Virus record (IMG/VR): IMGVR_UViG_3300014204_000014
Coordinates: 1 to 64,000 of that record
Reading direction: 5' to 3' (one strand)
DNA length: 64,000 bases
Source: a virus
Lineage: Duplodnaviria; Caudoviricetes
Positions 1 through 7,969 of the stretch are shown one piece after another; the first letter of the stretch is position 1; each line of letters starts with the position of its first letter. A model generated the notes under the pieces. That model saw nothing but the letters and a program-made list of their open reading frames with translations. It ran no database searches and was not told the DNA's origin. Position numbers and translations under genes: made by a program.

Positions 1-2
1 TA

Positions 3-647
3 TTTATAGAACGAATCGATGAGATAAAGCCCAAGACAATTATTTTAGCTGGTGATTGGATTGACTTTTATTCCATATCTAAATTTCAGCATGACCCAAG
101 AAAGCGAACAGTAAAAGGCGAAATAGAATTATTTAATGATATATTAGATGCTATAAAAAAGGTATCAGGAAAAGCAAAAATAGTTTTTAAATATGGTAAT
201 CACGAAGAACGGTATGATAATTATTTAATGCAAAAAGCGCCAGAACTTTTTGCTATAGATTCAATAAGATTAGAAAATGTATTAAACTTGAAAGAGCGGA
301 ATATAGATGTGGTAAAGGATAAAAGGATAATTAGAATAGGGCATTTAAATCTTATACATGGGCATGAGTATGTTTTTAGTATTAGCAATCCCGTTAATCC
401 AGCCAGAGGATTATTTAACAGAGCCAAAAAAACTTCTTTATGTTTTCATTTCCATCAAACCTCAGAGCATACTGAGCCTACAATAAGTGGGGAAATAATA
501 ACTTGCTGGAGCGTAGGATGCTTGTGTGGACTTCATCCTGAGTATATGCCTTTAAACAAATGGAACCATGGCTTTGCTGAAATATATAATGATAATGGAT
601 TTTTCAATGTAGAAAATAGAAAAATAATAAATTATAAATTATTATAA
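3..647 (+). CDS. Calcineurin-like metallophosphoesterase (5'-truncated by the window)
   Basis: The frame of ORF 228..647 is open back to base 3. It gives AGDWIDF, YGNHE, HGHE and HFHQT, which are metallophosphoesterase motifs. Confidence 0.8.
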   Translation, partial: FIERIDEIKPKTIILAGDWIDFYSISKFQHDPRKRTVKGEIELFNDILDAIKKVSGKAKIVFKYGNHEERYDNYLMQKAPELFAIDSIRLENVLNLKERNIDVVKDKRIIRIGHLNLIHGHEYVFSISNPVNPARGLFNRAKKTSLCFHFHQTSEHTEPTISGEIITCWSVGCLCGLHPEYMPLNKWNHGFAEIYNDNGFFNVENRKIINYKLL

Positions 648-660
648 AAAGGGGTGCCAC

Positions 661-1089
661 ATGAGTGTAGTTATGGATGACTGGTGGGAATTTTTAATTG
701 CGGGAATAATATTGTTATCAGCTTTAGGAATTATATATGCTACGATAAAAGTATTCTTTTCTAAGGGTGGAAAAATAAAAGTGAAAGGAACTGAAGTTAT
801 GGGTAGTGAACCTGAATGTGCTGAGTATGTTAAAGAGCATACGCAATTACTTGTTGATTTACAAAAAAAGGTAGATGACATGGAAACAAATTATGAAAAG
901 TATTCTAAAGAATCTTGCGAAGCAAATAAAGTAACGCAAACATTTATAAAAACTATTTTAATCTCCTTAGATGCTCTGATGGAAGCATTTCAAGCGAATC
1001 ATATTGGTAATGGCAATCTAGAAAAAGCTAGAAAGCTGGCTTCACAATGTGCAGAATCGCAAGACTCCTATTTAATTGCACAATTATAA
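661..1089 (+). CDS. Membrane protein with one N-terminal TM segment and a coiled coil; holin/antiholin-like
   Basis: Hydrophobic FLIAGIILLSALGIIYATI segment; lies in the lysis-type cassette. Confidence 0.45.
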   Translation: MSVVMDDWWEFLIAGIILLSALGIIYATIKVFFSKGGKIKVKGTEVMGSEPECAEYVKEHTQLLVDLQKKVDDMETNYEKYSKESCEANKVTQTFIKTILISLDALMEAFQANHIGNGNLEKARKLASQCAESQDSYLIAQL

Positions 1090-1100
1090 AGGACAAAAAA

Positions 1101-1649
1101 GTGGATGATCTTTTTGTTCGCGTATATAGAAAAAAACTTTCTTACAAATACAAGCGATATTCAACGTGGCCTGATTCGTGGACGAATAATGATATAAATA
1201 ATTCCTTGGATGATTTTATACTTTACTATAATGAAGCATTATTATTTAAGGCAAAATGTCAATCAGTAGCTAACATTCCTGGAGGAAGATTTTTAGATAC
1301 TTTAGCTCCTGGTAAATTTCAAATAAAATGCTTTGTGGAAAATCGCAATTATTATGGTAGGATTCATGGTATAGTAAATGCATATGATTTAGATGGGCAA
1401 TTGATAAATGAAAATTCTATAGAAACGATAAAAGGTTCAAATGGTGCTCCTATAGATTTTACTCGTTGGCTGATTCATGATACACAAAAACAAAAACCTA
1501 ATCCTCCTGATACATTAACAAGAGTAGCATGGAGCGCTGGATGCTTAATAATGTCTCAAAGTGATTTAGAAGCATTTAATGAAATTTTAGATGCTTATAA
1601 AGTATTGCCTAATGAATTGTTAAATGCGGAAATATTGGAGGTAGATTAA
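1101..1649 (+). CDS. Putative cell-wall enzyme with an L,D-transpeptidase (YkuD/DUF2778-like) His/Cys motif; candidate endolysin
   Basis: LIHDTQ-x15-SAGCLIM motif; GTG start at 1101 with an AAGGA RBS (the ORF track starts at 1047); flanked by membrane proteins. Confidence 0.55.
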   Translation: MDDLFVRVYRKKLSYKYKRYSTWPDSWTNNDINNSLDDFILYYNEALLFKAKCQSVANIPGGRFLDTLAPGKFQIKCFVENRNYYGRIHGIVNAYDLDGQLINENSIETIKGSNGAPIDFTRWLIHDTQKQKPNPPDTLTRVAWSAGCLIMSQSDLEAFNEILDAYKVLPNELLNAEILEVD

Positions 1650-1650
1650 A

Positions 1651-1980
1651 ATGGGCAAATTAAAAAAGGTATGGAATAAAATCTTTGATGTGCTTGATGA
1701 TATACTAGCTTATATATTAACGATTTTGGGGATAGTTTTTAGTAATTATTTGCCATTACTAAAAAGCTCAGAGCCAATAAATATTTCCATAGGATGGTGG
1801 AGAATTGGATTAGCAGCAATGGTAGCTTTATTAGTAATTGGCAAGCAGGAAAATCTTGATATTGATGAGTCAGGTTCAACTGATAGATCAAGAGCAGGAA
1901 GGAGAAAAAGATTTTGGTCAAGAATGATGAATGCTTTTGCACAGGGTATAGCTTGGAATCAGCTTCTATCTTTAACATAA
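1651..1980 (+). CDS. Putative holin
   Basis: 109 aa with two hydrophobic segments and charged termini; lies between the candidate endolysin and the spanin-like genes. Confidence 0.55.
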   Translation: MGKLKKVWNKIFDVLDDILAYILTILGIVFSNYLPLLKSSEPINISIGWWRIGLAAMVALLVIGKQENLDIDESGSTDRSRAGRRKRFWSRMMNAFAQGIAWNQLLSLT

Positions 1981-1990
1981 GGAGATAAAG

Positions 1991-2449
1991 TTGTGCAGAA
2001 AAAAGTATTTATTATTATTGCTGTTTTTGCTTTGCTCATCATTACTTTTTTCGCAGGAAATAGAATCTCCGAAAACAGTTATAATAGAAAAATTAACGAA
2101 CTATCAAACACAATTAAGTCTATTGAAAATAACAATAAACAATTATCAGATAGAAATACAGAATTACTTGATAATAATAGAGAATTACAAAACAGAATTG
2201 GAGGACTCCAAAAAGAAATCTCTAGAAGAGATTCAGAGCATTCAAGACAGCTTGAAGAAATCGGAAGAAAGTTTGAAGAAATCGCAACTGGACTTAGCGA
2301 ATCAGGAGAAACTTTACAAGGAATTATTGACGGAATTGAATCAATTAAAATCGCAGTACAAGATTTGCCGATTGACTAAAAATGTTTTTATAACAGTCTC
2401 ATTAGCTGAGGCTGTTTATATTGTTGTGAGTTTATTGATTCCTAGGTAG
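1991..2449 (+). CDS. Spanin-like protein (signal peptide with Cys, coiled coil, C-terminal TM)
   Basis: TTG start; KKYLLLLLFLLC signal; heptad-rich middle; C-terminal VFITVSLAEAVYIVVSLLI. Confidence 0.5.
   Translation: MCRKKYLLLLLFLLCSSLLFSQEIESPKTVIIEKLTNYQTQLSLLKITINNYQIEIQNYLIIIENYKTELEDSKKKSLEEIQSIQDSLKKSEESLKKSQLDLANQEKLYKELLTELNQLKSQYKICRLTKNVFITVSLAEAVYIVVSLLIPR
1993..2379 (+). CDS. i-spanin-like protein (N-terminal TM anchor plus coiled coil), nested in ORF 1991..2449
   Basis: GTG start 8 nt after GGAG; VFIIIAVFALLIITFFAG anchor followed by a long coiled coil. Confidence 0.55.
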   Translation: MQKKVFIIIAVFALLIITFFAGNRISENSYNRKINELSNTIKSIENNNKQLSDRNTELLDNNRELQNRIGGLQKEISRRDSEHSRQLEEIGRKFEEIATGLSESGETLQGIIDGIESIKIAVQDLPID

Positions 2450-2454
2450 GTAGG

Positions 2455-2541
2455 GAAGTGAGCCCTTCTGTCTGGGAAATGCCAAGGATTAAAATCCACC
2501 CGAGGACTAGCGGGATCAAACCTGCAGGAAGGGCTTGCTTC
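2455..2541 (+). ncRNA. Candidate structured RNA (four-way junction)
   Basis: GAAGTGAGCCCTTCTG (2455-2470) pairs with CAGGAAGGGCTTGCTTC (2525-2541) and encloses three short hairpins. Confidence 0.4.
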
Positions 2542-2560
2542 AAATCTTAGCTATACTAAT

Positions 2561-2628
2561 AAAAATACGCGAAAATTCATATATAGATAGCAGTTTAGGT
2601 ATAAAGCCCCATTCTAGGGCTGGATATA
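2561..2628 (+). repeat. Dispersed ~50-bp intergenic element, copy 1
   Basis: Shares an exact 18-mer AGGTATAAAGCCCCATTC with 28252-28269; aligns with the reverse complement of 61622-61670. Confidence 0.6.
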
Positions 2629-2636
2629 AAAAAGTA

Positions 2637-2978
2637 TCATGTTTTTCGCTCTGTAAGCTTGGTAAAAGTCTCAGTTGAATAAGGCTCTGAAGCTATCTTT
2701 CTAGCGCATTCCTTACAAATAATAATTCCAGCAACATCACAAATATAAAAAGACTTATTTGGGCAACGAGTAACTGGTCCTTGACCTTTACTTCCACCTG
2801 AATATCTTTCACATTGAGTAGGTATATTTCTATGTAAATCTTTTCTATGAATAAGTAAGCCATGAATTATCTTTCCATTTATATATTCATCCCATTCCTT
2901 TTCAGTAAATGTAGTATTTAAGTAGTAATGCTCATTCTTAGTCTTATTATAATAATGATGTTTAGGATTTAATTTCAT
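2637..2978 (-). CDS. Hypothetical protein with a Cys cluster
   Basis: ORF track; C..C..C..CxxC pattern. Confidence 0.5.
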   Translation of the reverse strand: MKLNPKHHYYNKTKNEHYYLNTTFTEKEWDEYINGKIIHGLLIHRKDLHRNIPTQCERYSGGSKGQGPVTRCPNKSFYICDVAGIIICKECARKIASEPYSTETFTKLTERKT

Positions 2979-3144
2979 TTTTCTTCACAAGGTAAAAGTA
3001 ATGGATTTTTTGTAGAAGGATAAGAATCAATTATTTTTAGAATTCCATGCGATCCATTACTAACTACTCTCCATGCTTTTATCGCATAGGCTTCAGTGTC
3101 CGTCTCAGCTTCAACTACTAAGCAATCACAACTAAAATATGCTT

Positions 3145-3627
3145 TCATTTCATCCTCCTTAAAACCTTTTCTGCAAACATAAAACTGCTATAAGGAATAT
3201 CCATATTTATATACTTTTTTATTCCACAGTTATAAATGACTAGCGCGCTGAACCAATTTCCAGAATAATTAAAATTGTCTAAAAGTAATTGCCTAGCTAT
3301 TCTTCTTGAAGTCTCCTCATTATAAGGATTATACATTTTCCCTTCATTATAACAATTAGCAAAAACTATTTTACACAAACTATTTAATTGATATGGCCCT
3401 TCATCACGAGAAACTTCTTTACCTTTTTTATAGTTTATATTTAGTAAATGTTTTCCATTTGATGATTCTATTGCTCTTACTGAATCTAAAAGTGAATCTA
3501 AATAAGGATTATTTATACATTTAGTTTGATGAATTAGTATAGAATGATCCTTAGTTAGTTTGCTTGAGCAAAGTAAAATAGTACAAAGTAAAATCCATTT
3601 ATATTTTATTTGCAATCTCTTTTCCAT
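3145..3627 (-). CDS. Membrane-anchored soluble-lytic-transglycosylase (SLT)-like protein
   Basis: AIES (catalytic Glu), GPYQL and NWFSALVIYNCG match SLT motifs I-III; hydrophobic N-terminus. Confidence 0.7.
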   Translation of the reverse strand: MEKRLQIKYKWILLCTILLCSSKLTKDHSILIHQTKCINNPYLDSLLDSVRAIESSNGKHLLNINYKKGKEVSRDEGPYQLNSLCKIVFANCYNEGKMYNPYNEETSRRIARQLLLDNFNYSGNWFSALVIYNCGIKKYINMDIPYSSFMFAEKVLRRMK

Positions 3628-3839
3628 CCATCATATAAATGGTAAAATTTATTTTGTTCAAATTCATCACTTTTGCGGAGTACTTTGGCATCGGTATATT
3701 CTTTTTCACCTAGAGATTTCATAAGCCAGTTGAAATTATCTAAAATATTTTTTGGGCTATCATCAGCAGAGCAGATTACTGTTTCAGTATGGACATTATT
3801 TTTATAATCAAAACCTACTAGCCAAAAATCTAAATTCAT
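3606..3839 (-). CDS. Hypothetical protein
   Basis: ORF track; coupled to neighbouring genes. Confidence 0.5.
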   Translation of the reverse strand: MNLDFWLVGFDYKNNVHTETVICSADDSPKNILDNFNWLMKSLGEKEYTDAKVLRKSDEFEQNKFYHLYDGWKRDCK

Positions 3840-4168
3840 TATTTACTCCCTCCTCTTGCAGGGCGGGCGTTGTTTATAATTTTTTGGTGCTCAGATGCAA
3901 TGTGTATCATGTTCTGCTCATCGCGATAATGTTCAGCCCACACAACAGCCAGAGGCAATAGTTCATCGATCACCTCGCGCAGTTTCGCCTCGCGGGCGCG
4001 GGAGTCGGCAAGGATTTCCTTACTCTGCGTTCCATAGAGTTCAATTATCGCCTTCAACTTGGGGATATATTCCTCTGGTTTCTCCGGCAACATTGCGGTA
4101 AATACTTCGCGTATCCTGATGCTGTCCGCCTCACAGCAACGTTTCGCCGCTCGCTTATAGTCACTCAT
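3839..4168 (-). CDS. Hypothetical protein, MSDYxRAA family (GC-rich island)
   Basis: N-terminus MSDYKRAAKR is shared with neighbours; GGAG RBS. Confidence 0.65.
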   Translation of the reverse strand: MSDYKRAAKRCCEADSIRIREVFTAMLPEKPEEYIPKLKAIIELYGTQSKEILADSRAREAKLREVIDELLPLAVVWAEHYRDEQNMIHIASEHQKIINNARPARGGSK

Positions 4169-4518
4169 GGCTTTCCTCCTTCGGCTCGGAGCGCAGGAGG
4201 GAGCGGCAAAGGTTATATAACTCTTGCTTTTCTCTTAGCGTCGCGCCCTCGTCGAGCATCTTAAACGTCCGCTTAGCAATATCACGTAGCGCCGTCACGT
4301 CGGGGGCGGGATCGATCCGTACAGGAGTATTCAGCATCATTCCACATTGGGGGCACCGTATTACTGCGATGTTTATTGCATGATCCAGGATGGGTGGTTC
4401 GTGCTTGGCGCGCTCCGGGAGCTCCTCGCGGAGAATGGCGGCGATGTCTCGTTGAAACGCACACCGTTCATAGATTGCGCCCCATATCCGCTCCGCCGCT
4501 CGCTCATAGTCGCTCATC
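4161..4518 (-). CDS. Hypothetical protein, MSDYxRAA family, with CPQC
   Basis: Probable start at 4518 (AAGGAG RBS), not 4565; shares blocks with 5623..6150. Confidence 0.65.
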
Positions 4519-4570
4519 GTAGTTCTCCTTATATAATATCCGCTTAACATTTGCTTAACCTGCAAGGCCG

Positions 4571-4810
4571 TTAGGACTTGTCAGGTTGAAGCAGTTGTTC
4601 GGTGTTTTTGGCACCTTCGAGCATAGGTTTCCCGCCGAGCAAGTTAATTACTCCGCGCTTTGCTTCATACCATGTTCCCGCATACTGAAACTCGAAGCCG
4701 GAATCTCGCATACAGATTCCAAACTCTTCCTTGTCAGGGCTTATAAGTAAAACTCCTGAAAAAACTTCCTTGAGCGCGAAACTGTAATCTGGTAACGTTT
4801 CTATTTTCAT
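4571..4810 (-). CDS. Hypothetical protein
   Basis: ORF track; GGAGG RBS. Confidence 0.55.
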   Translation of the reverse strand: MKIETLPDYSFALKEVFSGVLLISPDKEEFGICMRDSGFEFQYAGTWYEAKRGVINLLGGKPMLEGAKNTEQLLQPDKS

Positions 4811-4902
4811 TTTCTTCCTCCTATAATCTGTGCCAAAAACTTGGCGCGTGTCCGTCTAATAAGCGAAGCGGTTAGACGGTTAAAGCGTCCACCGAACATA
4901 TT

Positions 4903-5133
4903 TTAGACTGTTCCTTCTAAAGTGCCGAGAACGGAATCAAGGGCGGCACGTTGCTTATCCCATTCTAGGCTTCCGCCTTCGTCCCACTCGTAAAATATCC
5001 AATCCAGCATCTTTTCGTAAGCGTCTCGCATCTCCTTGTCTCGGGCGCGGATTAGGGCGGCGGAGTGTTCTCTCCACTTTTCCCCTCCCTCATAGTCGAA
5101 TAAACTATCAGCAAACTCCTCTGCGCTTTTCAT
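4903..5133 (-). CDS. Hypothetical protein
   Basis: ORF track; ATGA overlap with the upstream gene. Confidence 0.55.
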   Translation of the reverse strand: MKSAEEFADSLFDYEGGEKWREHSAALIRARDKEMRDAYEKMLDWIFYEWDEGGSLEWDKQRAALDSVLGTLEGTV

Positions 5134-5342
5134 GGTGCCTCCCGTTTACGCATATATCTTTCTGAGTCAAATCCGTCCCGCCCTTCCTTTTCGGCTTGGG
5201 CAATCTGCTTCTCGTGAAAGGCGTTTTCTTTTTCTAGCCGTTCGGCTGTTACACGCAACTTGGCAATTTCCTTTATAGTCCATTCGAGTGAGCCTTGTCG
5301 GTTTTTTAGGCACTCCCGATGCCATCGTAGTGAGTTTTTCAT
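5130..5342 (-). CDS. Hypothetical coiled-coil protein
   Basis: ORF track; ATGA coupling. Confidence 0.55.
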   Translation of the reverse strand: MKNSLRWHRECLKNRQGSLEWTIKEIAKLRVTAERLEKENAFHEKQIAQAEKEGRDGFDSERYMRKREAP

Positions 5343-5626
5343 GGGGTCTCCTTATCTTTATTTTCCTCATACCATTTTTTATTTCTCGCAATTAACTTCT
5401 CTTCTGTGATATCCGTCTCGTCGATATACTTAACTTCAAGTTCTCCAAAACGTTCTGTCCATTCTCTTATTCTTTCTTTTCTATTTGCATATAAATCTCC
5501 GTATGCAAAACAAGAGCAGCTACAAATATGACTTGCGAGTGCTTCCCCTGTTTCAGCAACGAGAATAGTAAAATCGCAGTCTTTCATTACATTTCGCCCA
5601 GGGTAAATTACCAAAAGAGTACTCAT
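5339..5626 (-). CDS. Hypothetical protein
   Basis: ORF track; ATGA coupling. Confidence 0.55.
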   Translation of the reverse strand: MSTLLVIYPGRNVMKDCDFTILVAETGEALASHICSCSCFAYGDLYANRKERIREWTERFGELEVKYIDETDITEEKLIARNKKWYEENKDKETP

Positions 5627-6150
5627 GTTGCCTCCTTGTCCAGCGCCTCTCGTAGCGTCTGCTTCTCTTCCTTCGGCTCGGAGCGCAGGAGGGCGGCGGC
5701 CTCGCCTATCGTTTTATGCCCAAGCTCTTGCCAGTGAGTTAGGGGCGGCTTTCCGGCATCATCGGGCTGCTGGCCGATAAAAGGCACAAGGCATCCGATT
5801 AGACGCGTAATAATGTCTCGTAGCGCCGCCACGTCAGGGGCGGGAGGAGCGCTCTTTATCCAGTCCTCGATTGTTTCATCTATGAGCATCAGGGCGCGCA
5901 GATGTCCTTTCGTGTCTCGCCCGAAGCTAGCAAACGTGCTTTTATCTAGCGCAATTCGCGCCTTTGCGTCATATAAAGCGTTTCGCCATGCCTGCGACTG
6001 CTCCTCCGGGAACCCCTCGCGGAGAATGGCGGCGATCTCTTTGGCGGATCTATTTTTCCATTCACCTTCCATAGCAACGCCCGGTGTTGCATACCATCTC
6101 ATCACTATGTCTGGAAACTGCTTCGCCACTCGCTCGTAGTCGTAGGTCAT
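5623..6150 (-). CDS. Hypothetical protein, paralogue of 4161..4518
   Basis: Shared blocks IAAILRE, PAPDVxALRDI and LLRSEPKEE. Confidence 0.65.
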   Translation of the reverse strand: MTYDYERVAKQFPDIVMRWYATPGVAMEGEWKNRSAKEIAAILREGFPEEQSQAWRNALYDAKARIALDKSTFASFGRDTKGHLRALMLIDETIEDWIKSAPPAPDVAALRDIITRLIGCLVPFIGQQPDDAGKPPLTHWQELGHKTIGEAAALLRSEPKEEKQTLREALDKEAT

Positions 6151-6159
6151 TGAGTCCTC

Positions 6160-6564
6160 CTAATAATGCAATTCATCTAAAAGTATTTGTCCTAAATCAT
6201 TAGAATAATAGACAAATTTTATTCCTGCTTCTCGTAAAGCTAAACTACATATATTACAAGGTCTAGCCATTCTTACTAATCCTGTACTAGTCATACGAAT
6301 GACAATAATACTTTCTGCCTTTGAACGATTTTTAACTAATGAAGCAATTTCAGCGTGTAAATATTCACGGTTTCTATTTCCTATAATCTGAGAAAATCTG
6401 CTTTGCATGGGGTGAGTTTTCTGATAGGAATTTTCACCTATACTAATGATATTGTTATGATGGTCAAGCGAAGCGGCAATTACCCAATACTTTTTTGTTA
6501 TGCTTATTTTAGGTTCAAGTAAATTGATTAGCTTATTTTTAACTTTATCAATGTGCATGTTCAA
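6160..6564 (-). CDS. Zinc-dependent cytidine/dCMP deaminase-like protein
   Basis: HAE ... PCNIC deaminase zinc motif. Confidence 0.8.
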   Translation of the reverse strand: MNMHIDKVKNKLINLLEPKISITKKYWVIAASLDHHNNIISIGENSYQKTHPMQSRFSQIIGNRNREYLHAEIASLVKNRSKAESIIVIRMTSTGLVRMARPCNICSLALREAGIKFVYYSNDLGQILLDELHY

Positions 6565-6697
6565 ACCTTCTTCTTTTAGCCTTTTCTAAATAAGCGCATA
6601 ATTCTAAAGCGTATAATTGAAGCTCTGTAGCCTCACGATTGATTCGCCTTTCATCATGAGCCGCTTGACGAATCAATCTAATCAAATCTTCCATATC

Positions 6698-6727
6698 TAT
6701 ATTATATACTTTGATCTGACTTATTTT
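6698..6727 (-). promoter_or_regulatory. Class-1 phage promoter motif
   Basis: A-tract-N9-AGTATATAATATA. Confidence 0.55.
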
Positions 6728-6862
6728 ATATATTTCCAACCGGAGCTTAATTTGTTACATTTTAAGCATTTAAGTATGAAATACCGCTTATCTGATACAT
6801 CATATTCAATGTCTTCTAACCATTTATGTCCGTGCCCATCCTTTTCGCATATATCTTCAGGG

Positions 6863-7261
6863 TCAGCTTCTAGTACGGCTATTCTTCGCATTTAACTTCT
6901 CCAATTTATTTTCATAATATTCTATTAAAGTAATATATTTTTCTCTAGTAGGAATAAATACCTTTTTTGAATCCTTATATAACTGCTCCATAAAATCCAT
7001 GCTATATTTTTTATACATCCAATGAGCATAATCAGGAGCTTTTCCATGATGGTGCTTGAAATGGATTTTATTTGTCATAGCATGGGCATTTCTTTCATCC
7101 CAACGTAAAAAAGGATTTTGTAAATAATCATAATAATGCGAACATTGCAGTTTATCTTTCTTGCCCGACAGAATACATTTTTTATCTCTTAGACGAATAT
7201 AAGTATTAAATAATTTATCTAATTTATTGCGAAGTGTTTTTAGTGAAGGTGGATTTTTCAT
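6863..7261 (-). CDS. ninG: NinG/Rap-like recombination endonuclease
   Basis: LDKLFNTYIRLRD..C..SG..QCSHY..LRWDERNAH pattern. Confidence 0.7.
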   Translation of the reverse strand: MKNPPSLKTLRNKLDKLFNTYIRLRDKKCILSGKKDKLQCSHYYDYLQNPFLRWDERNAHAMTNKIHFKHHHGKAPDYAHWMYKKYSMDFMEQLYKDSKKVFIPTREKYITLIEYYENKLEKLNAKNSRTRS

Positions 7262-7525
7262 TTAAAGAATTATTGTAATCTGAATTGTTTTATTAAACCA
7301 CCAGAATTCAATCCATATTAGTGGTCTAACATCTTTATTACCATGATAAAAATATATAAATTGACTTGGCTTGCTATTAAATTTTGTTACTATTATTTTC
7401 ATTCCCTATCTCTCTATAGTTAATATAATCTGTAATTATTTTAGCGTTTTCATAATCTATAAAATTAGTTATTACAGTCATTATACTAGCATTTAGTGAG
7501 CATGGTTTATACTCTATTACATTTA

Positions 7526-7786
7526 TCATAAGCAAGTAGTAGATTTACTAGATGATATTAATTTATTTTTATAATATAGTCCAGCATTTACTTCTATTGC
7601 TTCGTGAAGGCAATAATCTACTTTTGAAATGTATACACCTAATTTAATATCTTTTATGATAGACTCTATTATAAAATCCTTATAGTCCAGTAAAAGTTTT
7701 GCTAATTTTTCAGATGATCCATCATAGGCAAAAGGCTGAAATATAGTTTCAAATTCTTCAACTAAGTAATCAATATCTTTATCCAT
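7526..7786 (-). CDS. Hypothetical protein
   Basis: ORF track; GAGG RBS. Confidence 0.5.
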   Translation of the reverse strand: MDKDIDYLVEEFETIFQPFAYDGSSEKLAKLLLDYKDFIIESIIKDIKLGVYISKVDYCLHEAIEVNAGLYYKNKLISSSKSTTCL

Positions 7787-7969
7787 TTTCTATTACCTCA
7801 ATATATTCCTTATTAAATAATTCAAATCCGACAGCAGTAAAATAATCCAAATTGTCCCCACGAAAATACTTTACAATTTCAAATGGATTTACTCCTCCCA
7901 TACGCATTTCATTATATGATTGCCAAATTGCGTAAAGCTCTTTTTTCTCAATATCAGAAAAATGATTAC

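Noticed and set aside
3839-6150. Diversity-generating retroelement TR/VR pair
   Set aside because: The repeats are only 22-27 bp, the mismatches are not adenine-specific, and no reverse transcriptase is in the window.
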